From the NCBI GenBank assembly GCA_000320545.1, contig ADNK01000266.1:62001-126000 (forward strand): DNA of 64,000 nt. Reading direction: 5' to 3'. The translations under genes were made by a program, and so were the position numbers. This DNA is from Bigelowiella natans CCMP2755 (Eukaryota; Protista; Cercozoa). A model generated the notes under the pieces. That model was not told the DNA's origin and did not search any database. It saw only the letters and a list, made by a program, of their open reading frames with translations. Shown here in pieces: positions 21,215-31,981 of the stretch (within the stretch, counting starts at the first letter, position 1; the number at the start of each line of letters is the position of its first letter).

Positions 21215-22480
21215 TGCAAAGAGAGAGAGAGAGGGGGAGAGAGGAATAGTCTATCGTCTTGTTCGTACCGAGGATTGTCGAAGAAGCAACGGACGCCCAG
21301 TTTCTTCAACTCGTATAGTTCTTCAGGGCGCCGAGTTGATACTAGGAGATTTTTGGGACTCACAACCTATGTGTACGTCGAGTAGTTCCAAATGAGAGTA
21401 ATAACACCAAAGGAAACAATAGGACGGCAGCGACAAAGCTGAAAGAACGTTTCAGCAATCATTCATTCAAGCATAACATCTACTCCAGATTTCATAATTA
21501 CATTAGCCCCTTCTCAATTAATACACTAAATACTACCTTATACTTTAGGAGGCTGTTGACCAACTTCTTCCCAACTCTTCCGCAACCAATAACACCAACC
21601 TATATATGACCACTTCGATGTCATCGCCAGATATACAGATGTCTTTCTGATAGGCACAGCAGCTGGTTTGCCATATTTTTTGTTTGTGATTTACCGTAGG
21701 TTGAATGCAGTCCATTCTCTTCTCAGCGAATTTGCGGTCCTCATTGTCAAATGTTTCGATTTTTTCCCGAAATGTTTTTTTCTCATCCAGGAAACAATTT
21801 ATAGAACTTTGCGCAAAGACCAAGCATTGGGCTATAATTTGACGACGTATCTGTGTCGCATAGTTTGCATAGCGTCGCATATCTTCTATTCCGTTCAGAT
21901 CACCTCCTACATTGTGTAAAAAAGACATCTTTTTGTACGCATTGCTAAGTGGTGATGAAAAAAGTTGCGAGGAGGAGTCGTGCGCAACCTTTTGCTGATG
22001 AAGCGAGTAATCTAGATGTTTGCTGGACGAGAGATTTCTGCATCCTCCTAACCTCGGGACTACCCTTTTTGTGGATAATACATAAGTTCATATCCATTTC
22101 TAGTTTTTCTTTGTAGTGGAGAGGATGCTAAAATATTGGCAATGGTAGGGGAGAGGGGGGGGGGGGGGGGGACAGGCTGATGCTGTTGTAAAGCATACCG
22201 GTACAATGGGCAGAGAAGCGAGTTGGAGTTGTGGTGTCTCTTCTGTGCGCCTTTCATCAGTGTTCCTATTACTACTTTTTGGGGTATTTTTATTCGTTTT
22301 CGTTTTGTTGACGTTGAGATCCATTTGTTTCAAATCAGCAACAATGTTCGGCGGACGCTTGGATTCTTTCTCCGGCCCCCCCTTCCGTTGCTCTTCCGAC
22401 TTCTCAATTTTATTTTCTTCATCGTTTACTGCGGTGACATCTAAAGCAGCCAAGGCAGAAATTTTAAGCTGCTCTGCCAT
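19625..22480 (-). CDS. NOXRED1: NADP-dependent oxidoreductase domain-containing protein 1-like (P5C-reductase-related), multi-exon
   Basis: Exons read VGVIGCGRVGKKLVNSLL (Rossmann GxGxxG), LLVSTRRPEELYELKKLGVRCFFDN and IVFLCVLPDQ, which match my recollection of NOXRED1. ATG at 22480, TAA at 19625. Confidence 0.75.
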
Positions 22481-22604
22481 ATGGTCCTCGTGGTGTGGGC
22501 GTGCATCGCAATCGGCTCTAGAACCCCTATGATGATAAAGGGTAAGACTAAAGCGAAGCTTTTCGATTACTCTGCTTTTTACAAGTTAGTTGGTTAGTCA
22601 GTTA

Positions 22605-22763
22605 GTTATAGAGTCGCATCCTTGACTGTCTAACTACAAATCATCATATAACAGTAATGTGTAGTGGATGTTGTTCGAAACGGATGTCCTATTAGCCAAA
22701 ATTTTGGCGCTGCATACACGTCGGGCTCCATTCTGCGTTTCGATTTTCGTTACCTTGCAGAGG

Positions 22764-22831
<68 letters not shown>

Positions 22832-23052
22832 CCTACATCTACACACAAAGTTAGATAGAATAGCTCATGTGTTCAAAAGTTCTGATTCTTAATTTTCTAG
22901 TTGACATCTCACAACAACAAAAACAACAACAACATTAACGCTAGATCTACACCAACAATATCTATGGATTTTAGGATTTCCGTTATTAGGATTTCTTCGT
23001 GAAGTATTAATTACAGCTGTGCAGTCAAGGATGCGATTTACGAACTCCTATA
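22605..23052. mobile_element. MITE-like inverted-repeat element with a central (GTT)n tract
   Basis: Perfect 15-bp inverted repeat TCGCATCCTTGACTG (22614-22628) / CAGTCAAGGATGCGA (23022-23036). It extends imperfectly to TTATAGAG/CTCTATAA. About 23 GTT units lie at 22763-22831. No clear TSD. Confidence 0.45.
22763..22831. repeat. (GTT)n microsatellite, representative of many simple repeats ((CAT)n, (GTA)n, (GT)n, (TA)n, (CT)n), mostly intronic
   Basis: Directly visible. Other examples at 650-735, 8841-8884, 23527-23573 and 51808-51890. Confidence 0.95.
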
Positions 23053-23236
23053 AAATGCCCTCTATTTTGTTGCGAGGCAGTCGTTACCAATCCGTTTAGA
23101 GAAGTATCCCGAGGTATCTCTCTCCGGCTGCATGACTACTCGCTTGCGTGTACCATCATCATCCCAAACAACCCAGCCCCCAAACATTCCAATCGATACG
23201 AAACATCAACCAAGCAAAAGGCCTAAGTCCCGAACC

Positions 23237-23500
23237 ATGGCGGATAAATTAATGGGATTCGTTTACAATTCCATCTACGGATTAATATCAGAGAGCGGGT
23301 GGATGTTCGTAGGGGGCATGGTGGGTTTTTTCGCCCCCTTCTTGACCGTATGGTTTTTCGGACCATGGATCCGAACTCTTCTCGACAAGCCGAAGTTTAC
23401 CGGTCTCCGTGGTCCTAAAGTTATTATAACTACACTTCCATTGTTCACGGTAGTCTTTGAAATGTATTTTCAATTTTACGCCCTTCATGAAAGGATGTGA
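23237..23500 (+). CDS. Small intronless membrane protein (about 87 aa) of unknown function
   Basis: MADKLMGFVYNSIYGLISESGWMFVGGMVGFFAPFLTVWFFGPW.. has two hydrophobic stretches and normal coding-like composition. An upstream in-frame ATG lies at 23132. Confidence 0.5.
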   Translation: MADKLMGFVYNSIYGLISESGWMFVGGMVGFFAPFLTVWFFGPWIRTLLDKPKFTGLRGPKVIITTLPLFTVVFEMYFQFYALHERM

Positions 23501-23524
23501 AAGTTTACAAGGCTTTGAATATAA

Positions 23525-23577
<53 letters not shown>

Positions 23578-24463
23578 TTTTGATATTACTCGGTCTTCGA
23601 TTAAAATATTATTTCTATGCCAATTTTGATCCCTATGATAATTGTTTTAGGTGCCAGTTTGCGCCGGAATCTCGCTGATGGCTGCCTTATCCACCCAAGG
23701 CTGGAAGAACAGGGTGACGACTCTTCTCCTAACAAACGGTTGTATGTTGTTAGGCATTACTGGGTGGACAACACGGCTTTATTACATTGTACAATGAACA
23801 AGTAGCCAGTGCATGTCTTGAGATGTGCAGCTGTGAATGCACTCTTCTCACATATGTCTACATTTGTGTTAAAAAATTACTAGTCAAAACGATGGCATGT
23901 GAACAGTGATTCTATTTACAGCTAAAGAATATCATATCATCTTATCGTGTCACTCGGTAATTTATTAAATCAGAGTTGGATGTAGTTTAGTAGATGATCC
24001 AAATTCATCCAATGATTCTAGAAAAGCAGCAGCATACTGTCACCAACGACAGCTAGGACATGGATGCTTTCAAATGTTTGATTCACATCATTGCTGAGAC
24101 GAATAGACGCAACATGAGCGTTGTGACCGCTGCCTTGCATAGCTACATTAGGATGAACATTGAAAATCTACTTCATCACATCCCTCTCATGCTGTAGTGT
24201 CCATTGTGAAATCTGTCGTCCACAAACGATCGCATCGCATCGTTGCTGCATGACATGTCATCATCGTAGCAATGACGCAGCGATCGAGCCATTGTTATTA
24301 TCATCATTATCATCAAGTTGTGTTGATTGATTGTTGCGACATTTTGTTGCATGATCTACTAGATCAAACTATGTGTATGCTCGCATGTTACTATGTTACA
24401 CTTGTTGCACTACCAGACGAAGTCGTCGCACATCGTAGACTACTATGTATGCACGATGCTAGG

Positions 24464-27400
24464 CTAGTGGGCTCGTTCGATGCCTTTTCTTTTCTTCGTA
24501 GCATTTGTCGCCATGGACAGTCTCCGAAAAACTGATGGCATGTTAGAGTTGCTAGTGGGAGACTTAACTTTCTTTTTTTTCTTAATTCTTGTCTTTGGCT
24601 TGCCTCTAAATTTCTCAGTTTTTTTACGAATCTCTCTTGAGAGTTTCATGCTTGAGGCCTGCAACCTGGCTCCACGCTCATAGATTGACTTTGTAGCAAG
24701 CGAAATGCCCTTTAGGGTAGTACCATTACCTCGGGTTGTGGGTAACTTTTCCTCCTTCAGAGTAGACTTTTGGTTATAATTGATTTCATCATCTGAAGGA
24801 AACGTATCGAAAGAGGTATCTGTATTTGGAATGACAAAAACTATTGTCACTGCAATGTTAAGCCTATCACAGGTACGAAGCGAAATTCTCATCTGCATTG
24901 GATCTTCTGAAACTTCTGTGCCATTTATTGACTTGATAGCCATAGCCCTCTTGATTCCATGCAGATCAGCGCCTCCCCCGGGACGGACACTCAAAACCGA
25001 ATTTCTTTTAGGATGCATTTGAAATGCTGCTTCGCTTAGAGAATTGAACTTAGCCGTGATGATGAGAGGCTCGTCACTCACATCAGGTTCACGCTCTAGT
25101 TGCGAGAAAGTGGTAGAATCACTATCTTCTCCACTTTTAACCTTAACATCTTCACGTTCTAATTGAGAAAATGTCGATGGCTCACGACTTGCACTCTGTA
25201 GTAGCCTATCGGACAATCTTTTGTCCAGTTCTAGGCTGCAGCAGCCTGAATCGTGGTTGAAGATCCTCTCCCCTTCATAAAATATAGGCGTATGTGCACT
25301 TTTTTCACTGTGATTGCTGCTGTCGAGAAGAGCTAGAGGCTTATCAGAATTGACTGTTCCAGGCATATCGGTGATAAATTCTATCTTTTCGTCCTTGTCC
25401 TTGTTGATAAGGGAAATTTGAGCATTTTCTGAATCCAAGCGACAAGAGATTGTGTCCGCCCCCAGACCACTTTTAGAGGCTGTGGAGCTCAAGGAAACGT
25501 TTGAAAGTTCTATCTGAAACTCGCTTTTGAGTGCAACTATTCTTCGAAGAACACGGCGAAAACGGCCATAGCTGTGGACTTGCCTGCCCTCAATCGATTT
25601 TATATACCATCCAACCTTTAGCCCTATGCCAGACTGGATGACCTCAGTAACACGCAAGCTGCGATCAATTTTGCAAGTTTCTACGTCACTAGGCAATGTG
25701 AGAACGCACACGGACTCCACAGACGTCATCATCTTTTTAGCATCGCTATTGTCATCATTTTCTCTAGATATGTACGTAGAATAACCTAGGGCACATGGAC
25801 CTATAATGATAAATTCGATGAAGGCTGTTGTGAGAATCCTCATCGCAAAATCTTGCCCGAACGTCACAAGTGTATATCTGACCGTCGCAAAAGCAGTTTT
25901 TTTCTGCATCCTCCAGGATAGTACGGAGATAAAAAAAATCGCGCCAATCGCGAACACAAACACAACTGTAAAGGCGAATGCATCCCACATAGACCACGTT
26001 TGATTTTCGATGAATTTGAATCTAGTTGAAAAGTTTAGAATCATGCTAGGCTTGTTGATATCTCTTTTGTGGGTCTCAACGAGAATGCTGTATGTTCGTT
26101 TACTTGCCCATTTCCCCTCATTTTTTGTGTTTTTCGAATCTATTGAATGACCCAAGAGATTCATACAGCTCTCGTAATTTTGTGGTGAAGAGCTACGAAC
26201 AGCTGAATTTTTCTGCATATCGTTTCTGCTCATTGCTACCTGAGAGCCGACTGTCGTAGCGGCTGTATTAACGATGAGACCTTTGGCGTCTACAGCATTT
26301 TTTTTTTCATCCTCCTCCTCATTCTCATCCAAATCTCTATTATTGTCTTCATCCTGATCGGTTTTACCGTTGTCGTCATTCTCGCCGTTGGTGTCCTCAT
26401 CCTCTACATTTAGCCCGTCATAATATTCGTTTGCCAACAGGGAAAAGATGAGGAGTAGACAGGGAATTTGATTAAGACATGACGACCTAGGCTTTAAATT
26501 TATCTTAAACCATCCGGAGTGGGTCGATAGAACAGCGAGGATTATCACGTAGGGAAGAGGGTAGCTAAAGACTACAGCCAAAAGTGCAACAGCTGCCTTT
26601 CCGACCAGAAGGCCAAACTCTGCTCGTGTCCATCAGAAGCGCCACAACTACCATGGAATTCAGTGTCAACGCAAGGAGGATCGTCAATCGTTTCCGAGCA
26701 TTCATATAGTCTCCTGGGTGGTGACTAACTACTGACAGCCACGTATGCCTTTGCATCAACCCCCATCTGAATGATGTGCCAAAATTCTTCTACGAGCGCT
26801 GGCCCTCTGCGTGAAGCTTCCGAACCTGATTTCCGCGACGCCAAAAGTCTCTTTCACCTTGGTGGGTGAGAGCAGTGACCTGCGCGTCCTTATTATCAGT
26901 AGCCCATAAAGAAATATAGAGAACCATGTATATGGCAAAAATTGAATATAAAAGAGCTGCCACAACGTTTTTCCTTGGGTCTATAGAGCAAATATCCGCG
27001 ATATCGGATGCCGAGATCGTATTGACCTCTACATTGAGTCTCATCTGGCTGGAAAAAGATGTGAGGTGAGTAGTTTCGCAAATGACCGAGCTTCTATTTT
27101 CGGCAAGTCTCACGAACCGAACTCCATCTGTCGACCATTCATTACCAGTCCAAAAAACAGCCGAGAAATTCCAACCCTCCCGAAGCAGCATTTCGGTGTG
27201 ACTTTGATTCTGGCTCACAGGTAGCGTATACCGAATAGGGTCTTCCAACCCTCGAACAGGTATCTTGTTATTTGTATTCGGATCCCTGATCTCAACGACA
27301 GCCACCCCGGCGGAAGATGCGTTCAGGGGAGTCGGGTAGATCGCTCCGTTCATGAGTGACACGAAACTCAGCGCAGCTTGCGCAAAGCCTGACACGTTTG

Positions 27401-28780
27401 GGATTTCGGGAAACGAAACAGTAGCTCCTGTGAAGCTGTGCGTTAATGCGGTGTTCCCCACCCTCTCGCCTTTCAGTACTCTGCCGCTCACTTGAAGGAT
27501 TGAGTCATTTTTCACTCCAGGAAAGGAAAGCTTTCTCTCGTCTTCTCCAATCACAGCATCTTTTAGCATCATGCGAGATAAGCTATGGATCACTGCATCC
27601 GCCTTCATTGCAAGATTGGGGTTGAATCCTTGTGAGAAATCTGCGCCAGTGGATACCTCTTTGGAATGTAATGAAATCAAGTTTCTCAGCCCAGACCCTG
27701 AAGCAATCAGAGTGTTCCGAGGGTTTTCCCCATAAGAATCGCGGTCGGCGGCTATCTTCGTGACGTCCGTGAGAATATCAAGGGCTTGGTTCGAGAGATG
27801 GTCTTTTAATTCAGGCGATAGTATAGCTGTTACTGCCTGAACCAACGTCGCTGAATTTTCCACGTTAATAGACTTCGCACGAGTTTCGAATTGGGAGGTC
27901 GAGTCAAGGGTAACCGAGGCGATCATTTGTAGGAGGTTTTGCTGCTGGTCGGAACTGATCCTACCATCGGCAGATAGCGCAACACGTGAGTCGTGAAGCT
28001 TTGTAGATCTCCGTCTGCAACTGTGTCCCGAAATTTTGATAGCTCAATCTCCACATTGAGATTATCTGGTCTAGATACATTGACGAAGAACTGGCTGTAA
28101 GTTTCCGCTCCCAGGTCGTCCATGATAATTGCTCGCATCTCCAACCTGGCCGAGGCATCGTTTCCGCTCCCAGCAGGTGCTGGAAGGACGGTGTCATAGG
28201 TTGGCAAGAACCTATTCGCACACACATCGCTATATATTCTATCCGATGGGAGGCTCCCATAATACCGAACAGTTTGAAATTTGTATTGTAGCGGATGGTC
28301 ATCATCAGTCCACCCAGAACAAGCTAGCCGGAAGTTTGTTTCTAATCCCGTTCCGACTGCAGGGGAGGAGCCGCAAGTCCCGAGACGTGGGGCTTCGTTG
28401 GTCTGGATCTTCACGAGAAAGGGTATTGTAGATGCACTTGACGTAGTAACGAGAGCAGAGAATACATATTCCGTCGCGGGTTTTAGGGAATTTGGCGCAA
28501 GGACAAGATTGACTTCGTGAACCCCTGACAACAGCGACGAGCGGTCGCTGAGATTAAAATTTCTAGATTGGCAAATCCAGGTGGTATTGGCATCTCTCCA
28601 TGGCATCGCAGGTCATTTGTTTCATTTTCACAAACCGATAGTTGTTTCCTAGTATGAAATCTATGTCTTACCTTGTATCGAGGTTTCGCCGGAACCCCGC
28701 GTGGGATCCCCTTTGATCGTGATGGTCGAAACGTTCGGAGAAAGTTCTTCACGAAATGTGCTGAGTCAGCGAAGCATGAA
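24464..28780 (-). pseudogene. PKD1-like REJ-GAIN/GPS-multi-TM-PDZ gene, disrupted and apparently 5'-truncated
   Basis: REJ-like segment (PATEYVF, NEAPRLGTC, ACSGWTDDDHPLQYKF), GPS motif WSTDGV..VICETTHLTSFS, several TM segments and two PDZ-like segments. Lesions: frame change near 27990, in-frame TAG at 26790-26792, frame change near 26620; no usable GT-AG introns found at these points. Confidence 0.72.
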
Positions 28781-29072
28781 AATCGGTAATTCCAGACATC
28801 TTGAATGAAACGTTGTGGTTTTGCATGAAATGATCACCAATTTGGCATTTTTGGTGAAAAACGTAGAATCACAAACTTTTAAGACATTGAGCTTTACAAA
28901 AGTAATAAATGAGTTGTTAGATTTGGTGAAATTTGATGAATAATCTTTGTCGCCACTTAAAATCCTCCAACCGCTGCGACCTACGCTTGGTGGAAACGCA
29001 GCTCGTTGATAATTTCATAAGAATGTTCAGAAAGGCCAGTCAGAATCCAAAGAGTTAACCTTGTCCGTAGTG

Positions 29073-30263
29073 ATGGATAAAGATCGCCTCTTCCAGCACT
29101 TCCTGAGCCTGGACAAACCTGCGCTGGACACGCTGATGAAGAAGTGCCGAAACGACGATGGGGACGACGACAGTAGTGATCGAATAAAGAGAAGTCATCA
29201 ACCGAGGAAAAAGAACCGGAAATGTGGCGTTGAGTGCGACGGCGACAGCGACGATGGAGAAAAGAAGAAAGCAAAAGGACGGAAAAGGAAAACCGTAGAA
29301 TTCGAGAACGGTTCATGTACCCAAGAAGAAAAAGCTGCTGCTTTGACAGATCCTAAAATCCGTCGTCGACTGCAGAATAGACGAGCTGCAAAAACTTCAC
29401 GAGCAAGGAAGAAGGCATACATCAACCTTCTGGAGGAAAAAACAAAGCTTTTGGAGGATAAGGTTTTTGAATTGGTAGAGAGAAATAAAAAATTGGAGGA
29501 TCGATTGAAAGCTCTAGAAACAGGTCGAGGCGAGCGCCTGAAGAAGAAACAACGAACCCTTCCCACTCAAAGAGACGGCTCGATAAAAAATGGCTGCACT
29601 TTGGGAAACCTGGAAACATTTCCTTCGATTTCTTCCGTTCCTTTGCAATTGATTGACGACGACACATCTACCATTTCCATGAATGAAGATATAGATGAAA
29701 GGAAAAGGGGGAAATCTTCCGAAAGGGGCCCTTTTCAACTCTTTGGCCAAAATTTGAGAAGCAAGCAAGATGCAGTATCTATCGGGGATACTCCAACTTG
29801 CTTCAGACTAGATACACTGGATCAGTATGCCTTAGAATCTTCCAATTTGGATCGGGAGAAGGAAGCGCGAAACGAGTTCGGTTTGAACGTACAGGGATTC
29901 ACCTCGTCAGCAGAACGTAGGATGGAAAAACCACAGCAGATGGCATCCCTTCCGTTGAAATCAACTCACCAGCTTTTCCATCACTCAGAGATCTCGAAAT
30001 TGAATTCGAACATCAAAAATCATTCACTGGATCAAGTGACATTTGTCCTCCTATATTTGGTCGGCATCGTTCTTTCCCAAGCGAACTTCTGTTCGATGAA
30101 CCGATGCTCGTGGGGGATGATGCCAAAACAAACGACATTATTTAATCTCAACCAAGACAGGAACAAAGGGACGGCAAGAATGTTTTCGAATATACCAAGG
30201 ACTATGTTTTCATTGCCTCAGCCCTGTAGCATGTCATTTAATGTATGTGACACATGTACATAG
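29073..30263 (+). CDS. bZIP transcription factor, XBP1/HAC1/bZIP60-like (unspliced form about 396 aa; predicted spliced form stops at 30145)
   Basis: Basic region KIRRRLQNRRAAKTSRARKKAY plus a leucine zipper (LEEKTKLLEDKVFELVERNKKLEDRLKAL). Hydrophobic segment VTFVLLYLVGIVL in the unspliced tail. No spliceosomal intron is needed. Confidence 0.88.
   Translation: MDKDRLFQHFLSLDKPALDTLMKKCRNDDGDDDSSDRIKRSHQPRKKNRKCGVECDGDSDDGEKKKAKGRKRKTVEFENGSCTQEEKAAALTDPKIRRRLQNRRAAKTSRARKKAYINLLEEKTKLLEDKVFELVERNKKLEDRLKALETGRGERLKKKQRTLPTQRDGSIKNGCTLGNLETFPSISSVPLQLIDDDTSTISMNEDIDERKRGKSSERGPFQLFGQNLRSKQDAVSIGDTPTCFRLDTLDQYALESSNLDREKEARNEFGLNVQGFTSSAERRMEKPQQMASLPLKSTHQLFHHSEISKLNSNIKNHSLDQVTFVLLYLVGIVLSQANFCSMNRCSWGMMPKQTTLFNLNQDRNKGTARMFSNIPRTMFSLPQPCSMSFNVCDTCT
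29911..29936 (+). other. Predicted IRE1-type unconventional intron (26 nt)
   Basis: Two 7-nt CAGCAGA loops (29908-29914, 29934-29940), each on a stem, closed by AGGGAT/ATCCCT. Cutting at CAG|CAG removes exactly 26 nt and opens a new frame to TAA at 30143-30145. Confidence 0.75.
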
Positions 30264-30713
30264 AGTCGGCACATAGCAGAGTCATATGTGTGCATCGGGT
30301 GTGATGATTAAATTAAATCTTATCAATGCTCATTATATCATCCTAATGTAGCCATGCAAAGCAGCGGCCATGCTCAAATTGTGCACATTGTTCGTTTCTG
30401 TTGTGATGTCTTTCATGCTTGAAGAAGTAGAGCGGCGTGCGCGTTTGTTTGATGCACTAGCAAGTGTAGCTAAGCAGCTAAGCACACATGTTGTTAATTG
30501 CATCCTTAAGCATGCGGGCATCGCAATTAGGCAATGTAATGCAATGCATTTGCATCACCGCACACCTGGATAATGACACGATAGATGTGTGTTCCATGCA
30601 TTCACATGCATGACTAGAGACTGCTTGCTTCTGCACTCTCTAGCTCTACACATGTCGGATGCCATCCAGTCGATCATGGTGATGATGTGAAACGCAATAT
30701 AATGCAGCAGTAG

Positions 30714-30941
30714 CCAAGATCAACAACGCGCCTCAATGGCAATGGCGAATCCCGCTATGGGCCTTTCATTGTTTTTGGGCCTCCTGACACAGGCAAAACG
30801 GTCATCACCGAGGCCATGCTCGCTGCTGTTCTGCGAGATGGGTGGGGGGAGAAGGAGGACGCATGCACATTGACTTGCACCCCATCGGACTACTCCGCTG
30901 ATGTACTAGTGGCGAGGATGGCAAAGGAAATGGGAGCAAAG
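30714..30941 (+). pseudogene. Degenerate fragment of a MOV10/SDE3/UPF1-like SF1 helicase
   Basis: Reads RYGPFIVFGPPDTGKTVITEAM..TLTCTPSDYSADVLVARM, matching SF1 motif I (GPPGTGKT) and Ia (CAPSNxAAD) with substitutions. An in-frame TAG lies at 30711 and no further helicase exons were found. Confidence 0.6.
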
Positions 30942-31261
30942 TATTATTGTTATGACCACTACCACAACTACCTCTACAACTACTACTAATAGTAGTAGTG
31001 CTGCTGCTGCTGCTACTGCTATACTGCTACGATACTATAATAATTGATGTCGATTACCTTCTAACACCATCGTCATCTCCTTCGTATCATGTCTTGAACT
31101 CATTTACAGCTGCTAATTCAATACTCATGAAACTTAGTACGATTTACGATGATGATGAGGATGATGATGGTGTTGATGATTCTACGTACTACCTCTTATT
31201 ACGTGGTTGGGTTTTCTTTTCATCTACTCATTGCAGGCTTTCTAAAGTGCTGCTGTCTCTT

Positions 31262-31315
<54 letters not shown>

Positions 31316-31981
31316 TTCCTTTCTCTATCTCCCCCCCCCTCACCCTCCTTCTCAATCTATTCATCAATCTAATACTCTCATGCCTAGCTAGCTGTAGTGT
31401 AGATCTACCATGCAGCGGCACAAGTGATGCACAATGAACACTAGAACACTGGCTGCAGCACGTATACACGACGCAGCTGTTTGTTGTTTGTCACGTTGTG
31501 CGTGCTTGAGTGATGTCAATGCTGAAATGCGTACCAACAATGTCAGAGTGGGCAACTTGCAATCACAGGTCCGCCCTGCCCGCGATTTGTTGCATGTTTG
31601 GTCAGATTCAGCACACTTGTGTGGACGCTGCAGCGTGGCGCTCGCATGCAAAACAAAGTCATTGGAACTGCGTGCGCGTGTGCATGCGTGCATGCACTTG
31701 GCGTGCACGTTGTCGGTTGTCAACATTGTCGGCTGTCGACAATGCGTTCAACAGATTGAGTGACGACGATGCACATGTCGCTTTAGATGAATCGCCATTT
31801 CATTGTGTAGTTTCTTCCTCGTGTGCCCTAGCCGTTGTCTTCAAATCCTCTGATTTCTCCATTTGCATGCACCAAGTAGCTCATTCCCACAACGGGGTCG
31901 TTGTTTTGCATTGTTACACTTTCTGATATTTTTAGTTTTATTTTGAGCTAATGATTGCACCATGTTTTTCATTTGTTTGCA

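Noticed and set aside
26790-26792. In-frame TAG as evidence for a reassigned genetic code or read-through
   Set aside because: TAG ends other gene models here (7726, 52440, 53697), long ORFs contain no internal TAG, and the same gene also has frameshifts. Pseudogenisation or error is simpler.
29917-29936. 20-nt GT..AG inside the bZIP twin-hairpin region as a spliceosomal mini-intron
   Set aside because: It is much shorter than the other introns seen here and does not explain the two CAGCAGA loops and closing stem. It gives the same frame change, so it remains an alternative to test.
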